A stretch of DNA of 64,000 nt, taken from contig CAVVMW010000014.1 in assembly GCA_963749495.1 (NCBI GenBank), positions 192,001-256,000 on the forward strand, in the 5' to 3' direction. The translations under genes were made by a program, and so were the position numbers. The stretch is from an uncultured bacterium (GTDB lineage: Bacteria > Verrucomicrobiota > Verrucomicrobiia > Limisphaerales > UBA8199). Within the stretch, counting starts at the first letter, position 1; every line of letters begins with the position of its first letter. Of the stretch, positions 54,342 to 64,000 are shown piece after piece. Below the pieces are notes generated by a model. That model saw nothing but the letters and a program-made list of their open reading frames with translations. It searched no databases and was not told where the DNA came from.

Positions 54342-57095
54342 ATGCACGGTATATTCGGCGGCGTGTCGCACGCATTGGCATTATCACCAGCCGGGCATTT
54401 GTTCGTCGAACCCGACGATCAGGCGGAGCCAAAACTCAGCCAGGCATCCACAGCACGGCTCGACGAGGCTTTTGCCGCCTCAACAGCTCGTGGTCTGGAA
54501 ACGCTGGCGTCGGAGTTCCTGCACGAACCGCTGCCGCCAACATTTGTATTCTGGCGCGGGTTCGCGCAGCGGCTTTTCACCGCGCTGTGCCACAATCCGA
54601 AGCTCGATAATGCGCCCAATATAGTAATCTTAAAGCTTGCGGAAACGGAATTGGCCGCGCTGGCGGAATCGGCGCCGCCGATGAAGGGCCTCGAATACTT
54701 GAATGGCGCCGCGTTGGCCCGGTTGTGGGATGAGTTGGACGCTCACGTTCACGCTGCCATTGCCCGAACTCCCGGCGGTGCCGTGGCCTATCTCAAAAGC
54801 TGCAATCCACTCTGGAACGCGGTCGGACGCGTGACATTCCATCTGGCGGAAAACAAGCGCAATCCGGCTCATCCCTTCGCGTTTCTTGCCACCTACACGA
54901 ATCGGGTTTCCGAGCAAGGGAAGGTGCAGCATCTGCCGTTGGGACGGGCCTTGGAGGAATACGCCGGGGCCCAAAACCGGCCGGCGCTGGCGGCCTTGCT
55001 CTTGCCGGTCCAACGCGCGTCCGAACAGAGCAAAGTCGTCCGGCAACTATTGGATTCTCGCGCCATTTTTCATCCGCAACTTTGGCGGCCGGGACAGGCA
55101 TTCGCCTTTTTGAAGGAGATTCCACTCTTCGAGCAAAGCGGTTTGGTCGTTCGCATTCCCGATTGGTGGAAGGCGGGCCATCCGCCCCGTCCGCAAGTTA
55201 CCGTGCGGATCGGCGAAGCCAAGGGGAATCTCGTTGGCAAGGACAGCCTGCTGGATTTCCAGGTGCAACTGTCGCTTGAAGGCGAACCGCTGACGGAATC
55301 GGAACTGAAGGCCATTCTGCAATCCACCAGCGGTCTGACGTTGCTCAAGGGCAAATGGGTCGAAGTGGACAAGGACAAACTCCAGCAAGTCCTCGATCAC
55401 TGGAAGAAAGTTCAATCCACCACCGGGCCGGATGGCTTGCCGTTGCTACAGGGACTGCGGCTCTTGTCGGGTTTTCAACCCGGCCAAGCGGTCGAGGCGG
55501 AAGCCGAGGCGGCGCGCGCTGACTGGTCAAGTGTGGTCGCGGGCGAGGGGCTGAAAAAACTCCTCGACGAAATGCAGCGACCAGAAGTTTCCGCCGAGTC
55601 CGACCCTGGACAAGATTTGCAGGCGCAGTTGCGTCCGTATCAACGTCAAGGCGCGCATTGGCTCTGGTTCATGAACAAACTCGGTCTTGGCGCGTGTCTG
55701 GCCGACGACATGGGCTTGGGCAAAACCATTCAAGTCATCTCACTGCTGTTGACACTCAGGCGCGCACGGGCTGCGTCGGCATCTGCCGGTGTCAGCCCTC
55801 CAGGCTTGCTGATTGTGCCCGCTTCGCTCATCGCCAATTGGAAAGCCGAAATCCAGAGGTTTGCGCCGTCACTGTCAGTTTTCTATGCTCATCCGGCCGA
55901 GACCGCCAATGAAGAGCTCGCCGTGGTGGCCAAGAATCCGGCCTCGGCATTGGCGGGCCGCGACCTTGTCATTACCAGCTACTCGATGGCGGTTCGTCTG
56001 GCCTGGCTCAAGGAAGCACTGTGGAACGTCGTTGTTCTTGACGAAGCTCAGGCCATTAAAAATGCGGGCGCCCGTCAGAGCCGGGCGGTCAAGGAACTGC
56101 GTTGCCGCCACCGCATCGCGCTCAGCGGCACGCCCATTGAAAACCGCCTCTCGGACCTCTGGTCGCTCTTCGATTTTCTTTGCCCCGGTCTGCTGGGCGG
56201 CGCCAAGGAGTTCGCGGCCTTCGTCAAAAGCCAGTCGCAGGAAGATCAGAACCGATTTGCCCCGCTGCGCCGGCTGGTGCGACCCTACATTTTGCGCCGA
56301 CTGAAAACTGACAAGCGCATCATCAGCGATTTGCCGGACAAAATCGAGATGACCGCCTTCTGTCCGCTGACTCGCCGCCAAGCCGCGCTCTATCAGCAAT
56401 CGGTGAATGAATTGGCCGAGCGGCTCGATGCGCCGGAGGTCGAAGGCATCCAGCGCCGGGGCGTGATTCTGGCGTTCCTCACGCGGTTCAAGCAAATCTG
56501 CAACCACCCCTCCCAATGGCTCGGCGATGGAACCTACTCTCCGGCGGACAGCGGCAAATTCCATCGCCTGCGCGAATTGTGCGAGGAAATCGCCTCCAAG
56601 CAGGAGAAAGTTCTGGTATTTACCCAATACCGCGAGGTCACGGACCCGTTGGCGCGGTATTTGGAATCCGTCTTCGGCCAATCCGGTGTGGTTCTCCACG
56701 GCGGAACACCAGTCAAAAAACGCAAGGCATTGGTGGATGCCTTTCAACGCGACGGCGGCCCGCCCTTTTTTGTCCTCTCGCTCAAAGCCGGGGGCATCGG
56801 CCTCAATCTCACCGCCGCCTCGCACGTGATTCATTTCGACCGTTGGTGGAATCCAGCCGTCGAAAACCAAGCCACGGATCGCGCCTTCCGCATCGGTCAA
56901 AAGCACAACGTCATGGTCCACAAATTCACCTGCCGGGGCACCCTCGAAGAACGCATCCATGACATCATCGCCGGCAAGAGCGCGTTGGCCGAGGACATTT
57001 TAGGCGAAGGCGCTGAACGATTGTTGACTGAAATGAACAATTTGGAGTTGCTTCGTTTTGTGGCGCTGGATATAAAAGCCGCCGCCGAAGATTGA
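54342..57095 (+). CDS. SNF2-family helicase/ATPase
   Basis: LRPYQ..LADDMGLGKT, LDEAQAIKN, SGTPIEN, LSLKAGGIGLNLT, WWNPAVENQATDRAFRIGQ. Confidence 0.95.
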   Translation: MHGIFGGVSHALALSPAGHLFVEPDDQAEPKLSQASTARLDEAFAASTARGLETLASEFLHEPLPPTFVFWRGFAQRLFTALCHNPKLDNAPNIVILKLAETELAALAESAPPMKGLEYLNGAALARLWDELDAHVHAAIARTPGGAVAYLKSCNPLWNAVGRVTFHLAENKRNPAHPFAFLATYTNRVSEQGKVQHLPLGRALEEYAGAQNRPALAALLLPVQRASEQSKVVRQLLDSRAIFHPQLWRPGQAFAFLKEIPLFEQSGLVVRIPDWWKAGHPPRPQVTVRIGEAKGNLVGKDSLLDFQVQLSLEGEPLTESELKAILQSTSGLTLLKGKWVEVDKDKLQQVLDHWKKVQSTTGPDGLPLLQGLRLLSGFQPGQAVEAEAEAARADWSSVVAGEGLKKLLDEMQRPEVSAESDPGQDLQAQLRPYQRQGAHWLWFMNKLGLGACLADDMGLGKTIQVISLLLTLRRARAASASAGVSPPGLLIVPASLIANWKAEIQRFAPSLSVFYAHPAETANEELAVVAKNPASALAGRDLVITSYSMAVRLAWLKEALWNVVVLDEAQAIKNAGARQSRAVKELRCRHRIALSGTPIENRLSDLWSLFDFLCPGLLGGAKEFAAFVKSQSQEDQNRFAPLRRLVRPYILRRLKTDKRIISDLPDKIEMTAFCPLTRRQAALYQQSVNELAERLDAPEVEGIQRRGVILAFLTRFKQICNHPSQWLGDGTYSPADSGKFHRLRELCEEIASKQEKVLVFTQYREVTDPLARYLESVFGQSGVVLHGGTPVKKRKALVDAFQRDGGPPFFVLSLKAGGIGLNLTAASHVIHFDRWWNPAVENQATDRAFRIGQKHNVMVHKFTCRGTLEERIHDIIAGKSALAEDILGEGAERLLTEMNNLELLRFVALDIKAAAED

Positions 57096-57135
57096 AGTTT
57101 TGGCGAACGTTTATGACCCTTTTCCAGGAGAGAAT

Positions 57136-58170
57136 ATGAGTTGGAGCTTTGAATGGCGGCCCTACGTGCCGGTGGCGGAACGCCGCGCCCGGGCCGCCCG
57201 CGAATTGGCAAAGCTGGCCAAAAAGAACGGCCAGGCCGCGTCGCCCGTCTTGTTGGAAGGCCGCAACATCGCCAGTACCTTCTGGGGCAGAGCATGGTGC
57301 GACAATTTGGAGGCCTACAGCGATTATGCCAACCGCTTGCCCCGTGGCCGCACCTATGTTCGCAACGGCTCGGTTGTCGATCTCCAAATCAGCCGGGGGA
57401 ACGTGGTTGCCCGCGTTTCAGGATCGAGCCTTTACAAGATCCAAATCAAAATCAAGCCGTTGGCGGCGAGTCTCTGGAAATCCATCCAAACCGAGTGCGC
57501 CGGCAAAATTGATTCCCTCATTGAATTGCTCGAAGGCAAGCTCTCCTCAGCGGTCATGCAAATTGTGACCCGGCCCGAACGGGGACTTTTCCCGACACCC
57601 AAAGAAATCGACTTGGATTGTTCATGTCCTGACTGGGCCGATCTGTGCAAGCATGTCGCCGCATCACTTTATGGCGTCGGCGCGCGACTGGATCAACGTC
57701 CCGAGCTGCTCTTTCTCCTGCGCGGCGTGGACCCGGCGGACCTTATCAGCAAGGCGTCCGCTGCCGAAACCGTGCGCCAGTCCGCCCGTGCGGAAGGCGC
57801 GGCTGCTATGAGCGAAACTGAGATCGCGGATGTCTTCGGCATCGAACTGGCCGCCGCCACGCCTGCCCCAGACCAGACCAACCGATCAGCCCCGGAACCG
57901 GCGGCTATTCCGAACCAGCCAGTCGTTGCGGCGCCGGCGCGAGAGCCAGAGCCCAAACCGCAGAAGAGGGCGAGGCAAAATGTGGGCCGCGCTGCCAGAG
58001 CGAAGCTTCTGGAAATCGCGCGGGCGAGGTGGGCGAAAGCGAAAGAAAAAGCGGGTCGTGACAGTCCGCCCCGCCGAAAATTGACCGCCGCCGCCAGGGC
58101 CAGAATGGCTGCGGCGATGAAAGCCCGATGGGCCGCAGCCAGAACGCACGCACGATCTTCATCACAATAA
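57136..58170 (+). CDS. SWIM zinc-finger protein with basic C-terminal repeats
   Basis: NRLPRGRTYVRNG, CSCPD...CKH; two ARxxxxxxx(R/K)ARWA units. Confidence 0.9.
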   Translation: MSWSFEWRPYVPVAERRARAARELAKLAKKNGQAASPVLLEGRNIASTFWGRAWCDNLEAYSDYANRLPRGRTYVRNGSVVDLQISRGNVVARVSGSSLYKIQIKIKPLAASLWKSIQTECAGKIDSLIELLEGKLSSAVMQIVTRPERGLFPTPKEIDLDCSCPDWADLCKHVAASLYGVGARLDQRPELLFLLRGVDPADLISKASAAETVRQSARAEGAAAMSETEIADVFGIELAAATPAPDQTNRSAPEPAAIPNQPVVAAPAREPEPKPQKRARQNVGRAARAKLLEIARARWAKAKEKAGRDSPPRRKLTAAARARMAAAMKARWAAARTHARSSSQ

Positions 58171-58289
58171 GGAAATCAGTCAGTCGCAGCTTAGCGGTGG
58201 TCCAAACGGCCGTTCGCAGGCTCTCGCGAGGGCGCAACCGGACACCGCCCCCCACCGGCTGCGGCGAGGTGCGAGTCGGGATGCACCCC

Positions 58290-58495
58290 AGGGCCGAAGG
58301 CCCGCCATGTGATAGCCCGGGCTGGAGCGGAGCGGAGGCCCGGGTAAGCCAGCGCCCCTCGAAAAGCCCCGGCCTGCAGGGCCGGGACTTTGTGGCGCCC
58401 CATAGCAGGGCGCGGCAGCATTATGGCCGGATGACCTGGGCCTCCGCTCGCAAGCTCGCTCCAGCCCAGGCTGTCACATTTCGGGCTTTCAGCCC
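58290..58495. repeat. REP cluster (AGGGCCGAAGGCCC / GCCCGGGCTGGAGC) forming a long inverted repeat
   Basis: atgtgatagcccgggctggagcg.agcggaggccc pairs with gggcctccgct..cgctccagcccaggctgtcacat. Confidence 0.7.
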
Positions 58496-58537
58496 ATGGA
58501 CGGGCGCATCCCGGGGGCAGTGTCCGAATGCGCCCCT

Positions 58538-58600
58538 CTCGCGAATCGTCTTGCCGTCTGCCTTTATTCGGGCATAGTAATTGCCGTTGCCGGCGTATCC
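58538..58600 (-). pseudogene. Tyrosine-integrase N-terminal remnant
   Basis: Minus strand GNGNYYARIKADGKTIRE resembles integrase arm-binding N-termini; lies next to a tRNA. Confidence 0.5.
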
Positions 58601-58643
58601 CGGCAATTCAGGAATCGCTGTAAGTGCTTGGTAATCAACGGCG

Positions 58644-58733
58644 GGAAGGGTGGCTGAGTGGTTAAAGGCACCTGACTCGAAATCAGGCGTGGGGGTAACC
58701 CCACCGGAGGTTCGAATCCTCTCCCTTCCGCCA
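58644..58733 (+). tRNA. tRNA-Ser(CGA)
   Basis: GGAAGGG/CCCTTCC acceptor stem, CT-CGA-AA loop, long variable arm, CCA end. Confidence 0.95.
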
Positions 58734-58968
58734 AAGCCGAAAGACCGGCAAAACTGACGTTGCAAACCCAAGCGGTTGGGTATATGGTTTCTCCGGGACT
58801 GAGAATGCTCGGTCGGCAGGCATCTCCTGAGAATGCTCGGGGGATGCCTGTTTTGGTTTTTAAGGATAGGGGGTTAGTTCTGGCCTTTGCCCTTTTGCCG
58901 GCTCGTTCTGTTAAGCCAGTCAATCGGGGTAAAGGCCGGGACTTCAGGAAAGTTCTTGAGGATGCCTT

Positions 58969-59195
58969 GTCAAAGGTCGCCAGTCAAATACCTGACTATG
59001 ACGCTCGCATCAATGGCGATTCTTGCGCCCAGTCACCTTCTCTCCCCCAGCCCCGCCGCGCCAGCTTTCGCGATGCCGGCGCGGGCCGCCGCCTTGATTT
59101 CCTGAACCCGCCGCGTCTTCTTGCCCTTCCCCAGGGAACCCGCCAGAGCGTCCGCGTCTTCCACCGGTTCGAGGATCAATCGCCTCCCATCGATA
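58969..59195 (-). pseudogene. AbrB-like antitoxin / VapC toxin remnant
   Basis: Minus strand DGRRLILEPVEDADALAGSL...* followed by IAIDASVIVRYLTGDL*. Confidence 0.55.
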
Positions 59196-59708
59196 CCTTT
59201 TTGGGACGGGGAATCTGGGGCCGGACGCCAAAGGCGCGGTTCCAGAGGCGGGCATGATGTGCGCAGAGGTTGCGGACCTGGTTGAATGTTGCCAGCCAGG
59301 AATCCAGCACAAGGTCGGCAACGCCGTATTGGGCGGCGACAGCCTGCTTGATGGGCGTCTCAACTCCACGGAAGGGGTGCCGGGCAAAAAAGTAAGCTCC
59401 GTCGAAGAGACCAGGCAGGCGTTGTTTCTTCTCTTGCGTGATTGTATCTATGCGGATGCAACCGCAATGAGATGGGGCTGCCTCAATGCCGGCCAGTCCC
59501 CGCCCGGGATCGCTGAGCGGCTTTGTTTTCCGCGTATTCCGCGTGTTCCGCGGCTGCCCTCAGGTGCCATGGCCGTATCGGCCCCGCTCCGCCACGATGC
59601 GCTCAATTTGGATCGTTACTCACATTGGTCTTCATGGCCGGCGAGGTTGGCAAGGCTCCGAAGGAGAATGAACCGCGGAATACGCGGAATACGCGGAAAT
59701 GAATAGGT

Positions 59709-59845
59709 CTAATGGTTACTATTTTGTTCCGCACCCCCACGGAAGAGGGTGAACATGGCGCCAAACGTCATCAGCTCGCAAGCCATCCAGAGTGGCAGAT
59801 CGGTTTCGGAGGTGTATTTGGAGAAGAAATGCTGGACGAGTCCTC
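59709..59845 (-). pseudogene. Abi-family (AbiD/F-like) protein remnant
   Basis: Minus strand LVQHFFSKYTSETDLPLWMACELMTFGAMFTLF. Confidence 0.55.
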
Positions 59846-60112
59846 GTTCACGCCCCCCCCGGCCGACCTGCTCCTCCATCCGAAGCTCGGTTTTACCGAA
59901 GTGGCATCAAATTCAACGCTGTCAAACAAAAACCATGCCCGCAAAAATCCCCCCATTTTACCGGCGCTGTAGCGCCTTGTTGCGGGTCGTGTTGCGGGTC
60001 CGACCTCAAAAATCCCCCGGTTCCATGCGCCTTGTAGCACTGTAGCGGGTCCATACCCCCTGCCCCGCAAATAAGCCCTTCGGGCCACTGAGCGGTGCAT
60101 CCCGCAGACCTT

Positions 60113-60240
60113 TTACAGCGCGAGCACCACGGCCTTTGTCTCGGTGTAGAGTTCGAGGGCCTGGTGTCCCATCTCGCGGCCCCAGCCGGATTGCTTGTAG
60201 CCGCCGAATGGGAGCGCGGCGTCGAATACGTTGTAACAGT
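60113..60240 (-). pseudogene. Aldehyde dehydrogenase C-terminal remnant
   Basis: [19 protein letters not shown] / [17 protein letters not shown]. Confidence 0.8.
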
Positions 60241-60244
60241 TTCC

Positions 60245-61438
60245 TTATTGGAACAACTGTGGCGCGAACTCGTTGAGGTATTCGCGCCAGTTGATCCATG
60301 TGTGCCCGCCGACACTCTCCTTGAACACGACGTCAAACTTGTGCTTCTTGAGCATTTCGACCGTGGCGCGGGAGGTTTCGACCAGGAAATCGTCCTTGCC
60401 GGTGGCGAACCAGAAGAGCTTCAGGCCGTCCTTGAGTTTCGGGTCGTCGAGGGCCGTCTGGTTTTGTTCTTCGAAGGTGGGCCCGGAGGGCGCGTTGCCG
60501 CCGAAGCCGCGGCCGGTGATGCCGAAAACGCCCGCGCTGAAAACGCCGAGGTAGGCGAACTGGTCCAGGTGCGGCACGCCGATGCTGAGCGTTTGCCCCC
60601 CGCCCATGGACAAGCCGGCGATAGCGCGGCTTTGCCGGTCCGTGAGCACCCGGTAATGGCCCTCGACATAGGGCATGATGTCCCCGAGGAAATCCTTGGC
60701 AAACTCATCGGCGGCAGGCCGGGGCGAGCCCGGGGCGCGCGAACCCAACGGACCGGTGTGCCCGGCGGGCATGACCACGATCATCGGCTTGGCTTTCCTG
60801 GCCGCAATCAAGTTGTCCAGGATGAACCCGGCCCGGCCCACTGAACCCCAGGAATCGTCGGAATCCGACGCGCCGTGCAACAGGTAAAAGACAGGGTATT
60901 TGCCCTCGCCGGATTCATACCCAGGGGGCGTATAGACGTGCATGCGGCGGACCTTGGACAGTGCCTTGGAGTGATAGGTGACCGCAGCCACCGCTCCATG
61001 CGGAACGTCTTTGGTGTCCATGAACTCTGCGCCCGGAACACACACCAGGCTCCAGACATTGGCATTGGACTCGCTCGTGGCCGGGCTGCGCGGGTCGATC
61101 ACCGGCACGCCGTCCACGTTGAAGTTGTAGCGGTAAGCGCCGGGCTGGATCGGCCCCAGCGTCACCTCCCAAACATCGTTGGTGCCTTTGGTCATTTCCG
61201 CGCCTTGGCCCACGCCGGGGATGTCGCCCCCGCTCAGCCGCACGGTTCCCGCCTTCGGGGCCAGAATTCGGAAGGTGACCTTGCAATCACTCGTCACCTC
61301 GGGCGAGACCACTCGCGGACCTTGCGGGCCAAAACCGGGGCCGGGCCTGGCCGCCTGGGCGAAGGCGGCGGAGTTGGAATCGGCGGCCGCAAGCAGCGCG
61401 GCCGCAAACAGGGTAAAGGCGGTGATTGGCGTTTTCAT
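60245..61438 (-). CDS. Secreted esterase (N-terminal CBM48/E-set domain plus alpha/beta hydrolase, CE1-like)
   Basis: Signal peptide; VYTPPGY, YLLHG, AGLSMGG, GGHTWINWR. Confidence 0.9.
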   Translation of the reverse strand: MKTPITAFTLFAAALLAAADSNSAAFAQAARPGPGFGPQGPRVVSPEVTSDCKVTFRILAPKAGTVRLSGGDIPGVGQGAEMTKGTNDVWEVTLGPIQPGAYRYNFNVDGVPVIDPRSPATSESNANVWSLVCVPGAEFMDTKDVPHGAVAAVTYHSKALSKVRRMHVYTPPGYESGEGKYPVFYLLHGASDSDDSWGSVGRAGFILDNLIAARKAKPMIVVMPAGHTGPLGSRAPGSPRPAADEFAKDFLGDIMPYVEGHYRVLTDRQSRAIAGLSMGGGQTLSIGVPHLDQFAYLGVFSAGVFGITGRGFGGNAPSGPTFEEQNQTALDDPKLKDGLKLFWFATGKDDFLVETSRATVEMLKKHKFDVVFKESVGGHTWINWREYLNEFAPQLFQ

Positions 61439-61486
61439 AACCTCATTCTGCAAAAGGACCCGGGGAAGTCGATCCTGAATTGGTTT

Positions 61487-61966
61487 TCATGGCGTCATGG
61501 GCTGGGCGCCCGGGTGTGAGATTTCCCGTTCGAGGATGCTGGCGGCCATCTCCGCCGCTTCCCTGGTGAACACCAGGCATTTCTTCTCGCGAAGCTGGTT
61601 GTCCTTGAAAAACTGCCGGCCTTCCGGCGTATCGAGCCGGCAGCCCATGAGCCGCTCGCAGTTTGTCGTGCCGAACTTCGACTCGAACCGGCTCAGGAAG
61701 CTCCGGACCAGCCGGACATCATCCTCCGTGGATTCGCCGGCGCGGTTGCGCCCGGCCACCAGGTTGATCGCCAGCACGCCGCCGCTCACCGCCCCGCAGA
61801 TACCGCCCGTCCTCGCGATGCCACCGCACAGACCGGTGGCAATCTTGGGAATCAACTCGGACTTGATGGCTCGGCTCTCGGCGATGGCCTGCAAAACACT
61901 CTCCGCGCAGCAGAACCCTTGCTGGAATAGTTCCGCGCTCCGTTGGGCAACCTGGCATGTCGTCAT
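61487..61966 (-). CDS. C-GCAxxG-C-C family putative redox protein
   Basis: FQQGFCCAESVL, GGI..TGGICGAVSG, FGTTNC..L, KC. Confidence 0.85.
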   Translation of the reverse strand: MTTCQVAQRSAELFQQGFCCAESVLQAIAESRAIKSELIPKIATGLCGGIARTGGICGAVSGGVLAINLVAGRNRAGESTEDDVRLVRSFLSRFESKFGTTNCERLMGCRLDTPEGRQFFKDNQLREKKCLVFTREAAEMAASILEREISHPGAQPMTP

Positions 61967-62246
61967 AGGCGTCGTGGCTTGCAGCTTAACCCCCCGGTGC
62001 CGGGCCTGCCAAGCACATCCGCGCACGGGAGCGTGTGACACAGAATTCATCTTGGACGTCCGGATCGCAGACCTCAGAGCCGATCCGGGCCTTCCGTCCT
62101 TCGTTTCCTTCGTTCCCTTCTGTTCTGTTCCTGCGTCCCGCCGGCTGGGCGCAGGAATAGAACAGAAGGAAACGAAGGAAACAAAGAAGCGGCCTCATGC
62201 GGCGGCATCGATCGGGTCCATGCCAGTGCGTAAAGGATTACGGCCA

Positions 62247-64000
62247 TCATCGGCGGTTGGTTGCCGGGACGGTTGGCGCGCCCGCATCGCGGAACTGGCG
62301 GACGAGATTCCTCGTGCCACTCTTGCTCCGGGCTTCGAGCACGACTTTGCCTTCCGCGGAGGGCGAAACCTGCGCCAGGAACAGACCGTCGGCCGCGACC
62401 GGGATTGGTTCGCCATTGGCCGTGAGCACCGTGCCCGGTTCGGCCCAACCGTGGAGGTCCACGGCACAGCCCTTGGCCACGGGCGAGTGTTCGAGCGGGG
62501 TAGTCTGGAGCAGCACGCGCGGGGATTGGTCCAGCGCAAGCGTCTCCTCGATGGCCTGGCGCCTGGCCTGGTAGAGCGCCTCGGGATCACCGGTGTGCTC
62601 GCAGTAGCCGGCTACGACTTGGGAGGCGATTTCGACGCCGCGCTGGCGCGGATCGATGAAAGCCGCCACACGCGGTGCCAGGGTTCCAGTGATTTGGGAG
62701 ATCCGGCTCTCGAGCAGCCAAAGGCACTCGTAGTCCTGGAGGCCATTGCGCATCTGCTCCCAGCGCAACGAATCGAGCAGGCCGTCCTTCTTGGGATACA
62801 CGTGCCAGCCGTCGCCGCGGTGTTCGCCGGGTTTGTTGATGGGGTCGTCGGTCCAGGCATTGAAGCCCCAGTGCAAATAGCCCCGGAGGTTGTAGCGGTA
62901 GTTGAGCCAGTGCATCAGGCGGGTCTCGATCAAGGGCACATCCACCGTTTTGTTGAGCAGCGAGCCGCCCTGGAAGATGCCCACGGTGTAAAACCACAGT
63001 TCGTTGCCTTGGCGTTGGGCCTCCTCGAAGGCCTCATGCCAGGTGGCCAGGTGGTCCAGCTTCGGCACCCAGATCTCCAGCGCGCCCAGGCAGTGGGGCG
63101 TTTCAATCGCATCGATGCGGCGCAACTCGGGAGCCAGGCGATGGACAATACCCGAGGCGTTATGCCAGGCCATAATGTTATGATCGGAGGGCTCGTCGGC
63201 GATGTGGAACACCGTTTTCGCGAGCCAGCCCTTGGCGCGCAAATGCCCGACGAACGCCGGCAGGAATTGCGGCAGGAACTCCTCGCCAGACATTGAAGCG
63301 CGCCGGCCATCCGCATCCTTCACCGGAAAATTTTCGAGCGCGATTTCGCTGCCCGACCAACCGTCTTTGCCGAACCGTGCGACGAACCCTGTCTCGAGCA
63401 AGTCCATGCACCCGGTGTCCCAGAACACCTGGGCCAGCCTGTCGAAGCGGGAAAAATCAAATTCGAGCTTGCCATCCGCCGCGCGACGGGACTCGATAGA
63501 GCCGAGCCCCACGCGGAAGACATTCTGCCGGTGCTCCGCCATGTTCCGGGCATAGACCCCGAGCAGGCGATAGAAGTGCTCGTTGTCGGACGAGTCCAGT
63601 TGATGATGCTTCTTGAACCCGGAGGTCGAGAACCATTCAGTGACAAACAGGTGCCGCTCTGCCGGGAGGGTCAGAGGATAGACCTGGAGGGCGAGCGGCA
63701 GGGAAACGCTGGCACCGCCTGCGCTCGCGGCAATCGCAGCCCGATACTCGCCCGGCGGCGCCTCCGGCGGGATCCTGAGCGTCAGATAGACGGCCTTGCG
63801 CGTCCCCTTCCGCACCGAGCACTTCCGCTCCTCGCTGAGGAAATCCGGAAACCACGCCGGGGCGGGACGCAACAGGCCCGCTCGTTGCCGGTTGGGCGAG
63901 TTCTTCTCGATGAAGATGCTCCCGACGAAATTCCAACGAACATTCTCCCCAGGAATGGTGCCTGAACCCTGCGCCTGCTGGAGAGGGCCCACCGAGAGCG
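62247..64000 (-). CDS. DUF4091/GH123-like glycoside hydrolase (5' end outside window)
   Basis: IPPEAPPGEY, DFSRFD, IADEP, GYLHWGFNAW, GDGWHVYP, SLRWEQMRNGLQDYE. Confidence 0.8.
   Translation of the reverse strand, partial: LSVGPLQQAQGSGTIPGENVRWNFVGSIFIEKNSPNRQRAGLLRPAPAWFPDFLSEERKCSVRKGTRKAVYLTLRIPPEAPPGEYRAAIAASAGGASVSLPLALQVYPLTLPAERHLFVTEWFSTSGFKKHHQLDSSDNEHFYRLLGVYARNMAEHRQNVFRVGLGSIESRRAADGKLEFDFSRFDRLAQVFWDTGCMDLLETGFVARFGKDGWSGSEIALENFPVKDADGRRASMSGEEFLPQFLPAFVGHLRAKGWLAKTVFHIADEPSDHNIMAWHNASGIVHRLAPELRRIDAIETPHCLGALEIWVPKLDHLATWHEAFEEAQRQGNELWFYTVGIFQGGSLLNKTVDVPLIETRLMHWLNYRYNLRGYLHWGFNAWTDDPINKPGEHRGDGWHVYPKKDGLLDSLRWEQMRNGLQDYECLWLLESRISQITGTLAPRVAAFIDPRQRGVEIASQVVAGYCEHTGDPEALYQARRQAIEETLALDQSPRVLLQTTPLEHSPVAKGCAVDLHGWAEPGTVLTANGEPIPVAADGLFLAQVSPSAEGKVVLEARSKSGTRNLVRQFRDAGAPTVPATNRR

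Overview
GC-rich bacterial chromosome segment, most consistent with Verrucomicrobiota (16S/23S sequence, tRNA-Ala/tRNA-Ile spacer, RNase HIII, many Tat-exported enzymes). Core content: the tRNA-Thr/tuf/tRNA-Trp/tRNA-Ser/secE/nusG/rplKAJL/rpoBC cluster, rnhC, a complete rRNA operon, signalling genes and sugar-metabolism genes. Several palindromic REP/MITE-like repeat families are scattered through it. The standout is a 2,940-bp large-serine-recombinase element at 1778-4719. It is inserted at the central CC of the REP palindrome GCAGGTTT-CC-AAACCTGC and has imperfect 29-bp inverted ends. Joining the ends in silico fuses an ATG overlapping the recombinase stop codon, in frame, to an otherwise headless DUF5372-like ORF at the other end, so one element gene appears complete only in the excised circle. 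A DUF4338-fused IS4-family element has inserted into a second repeat family. Also present: an AAA-ATPase/TOPRIM-like putative defence pair, a SNF2+SWIM pair near tRNA-Ser with integrase/TA/Abi remnants, and two TA loci with broken toxins. Two frameshifts in essential rpoB indicate assembly indel errors, so other single-base frameshifts are treated cautiously. Family names are from motif recognition, not database searches.
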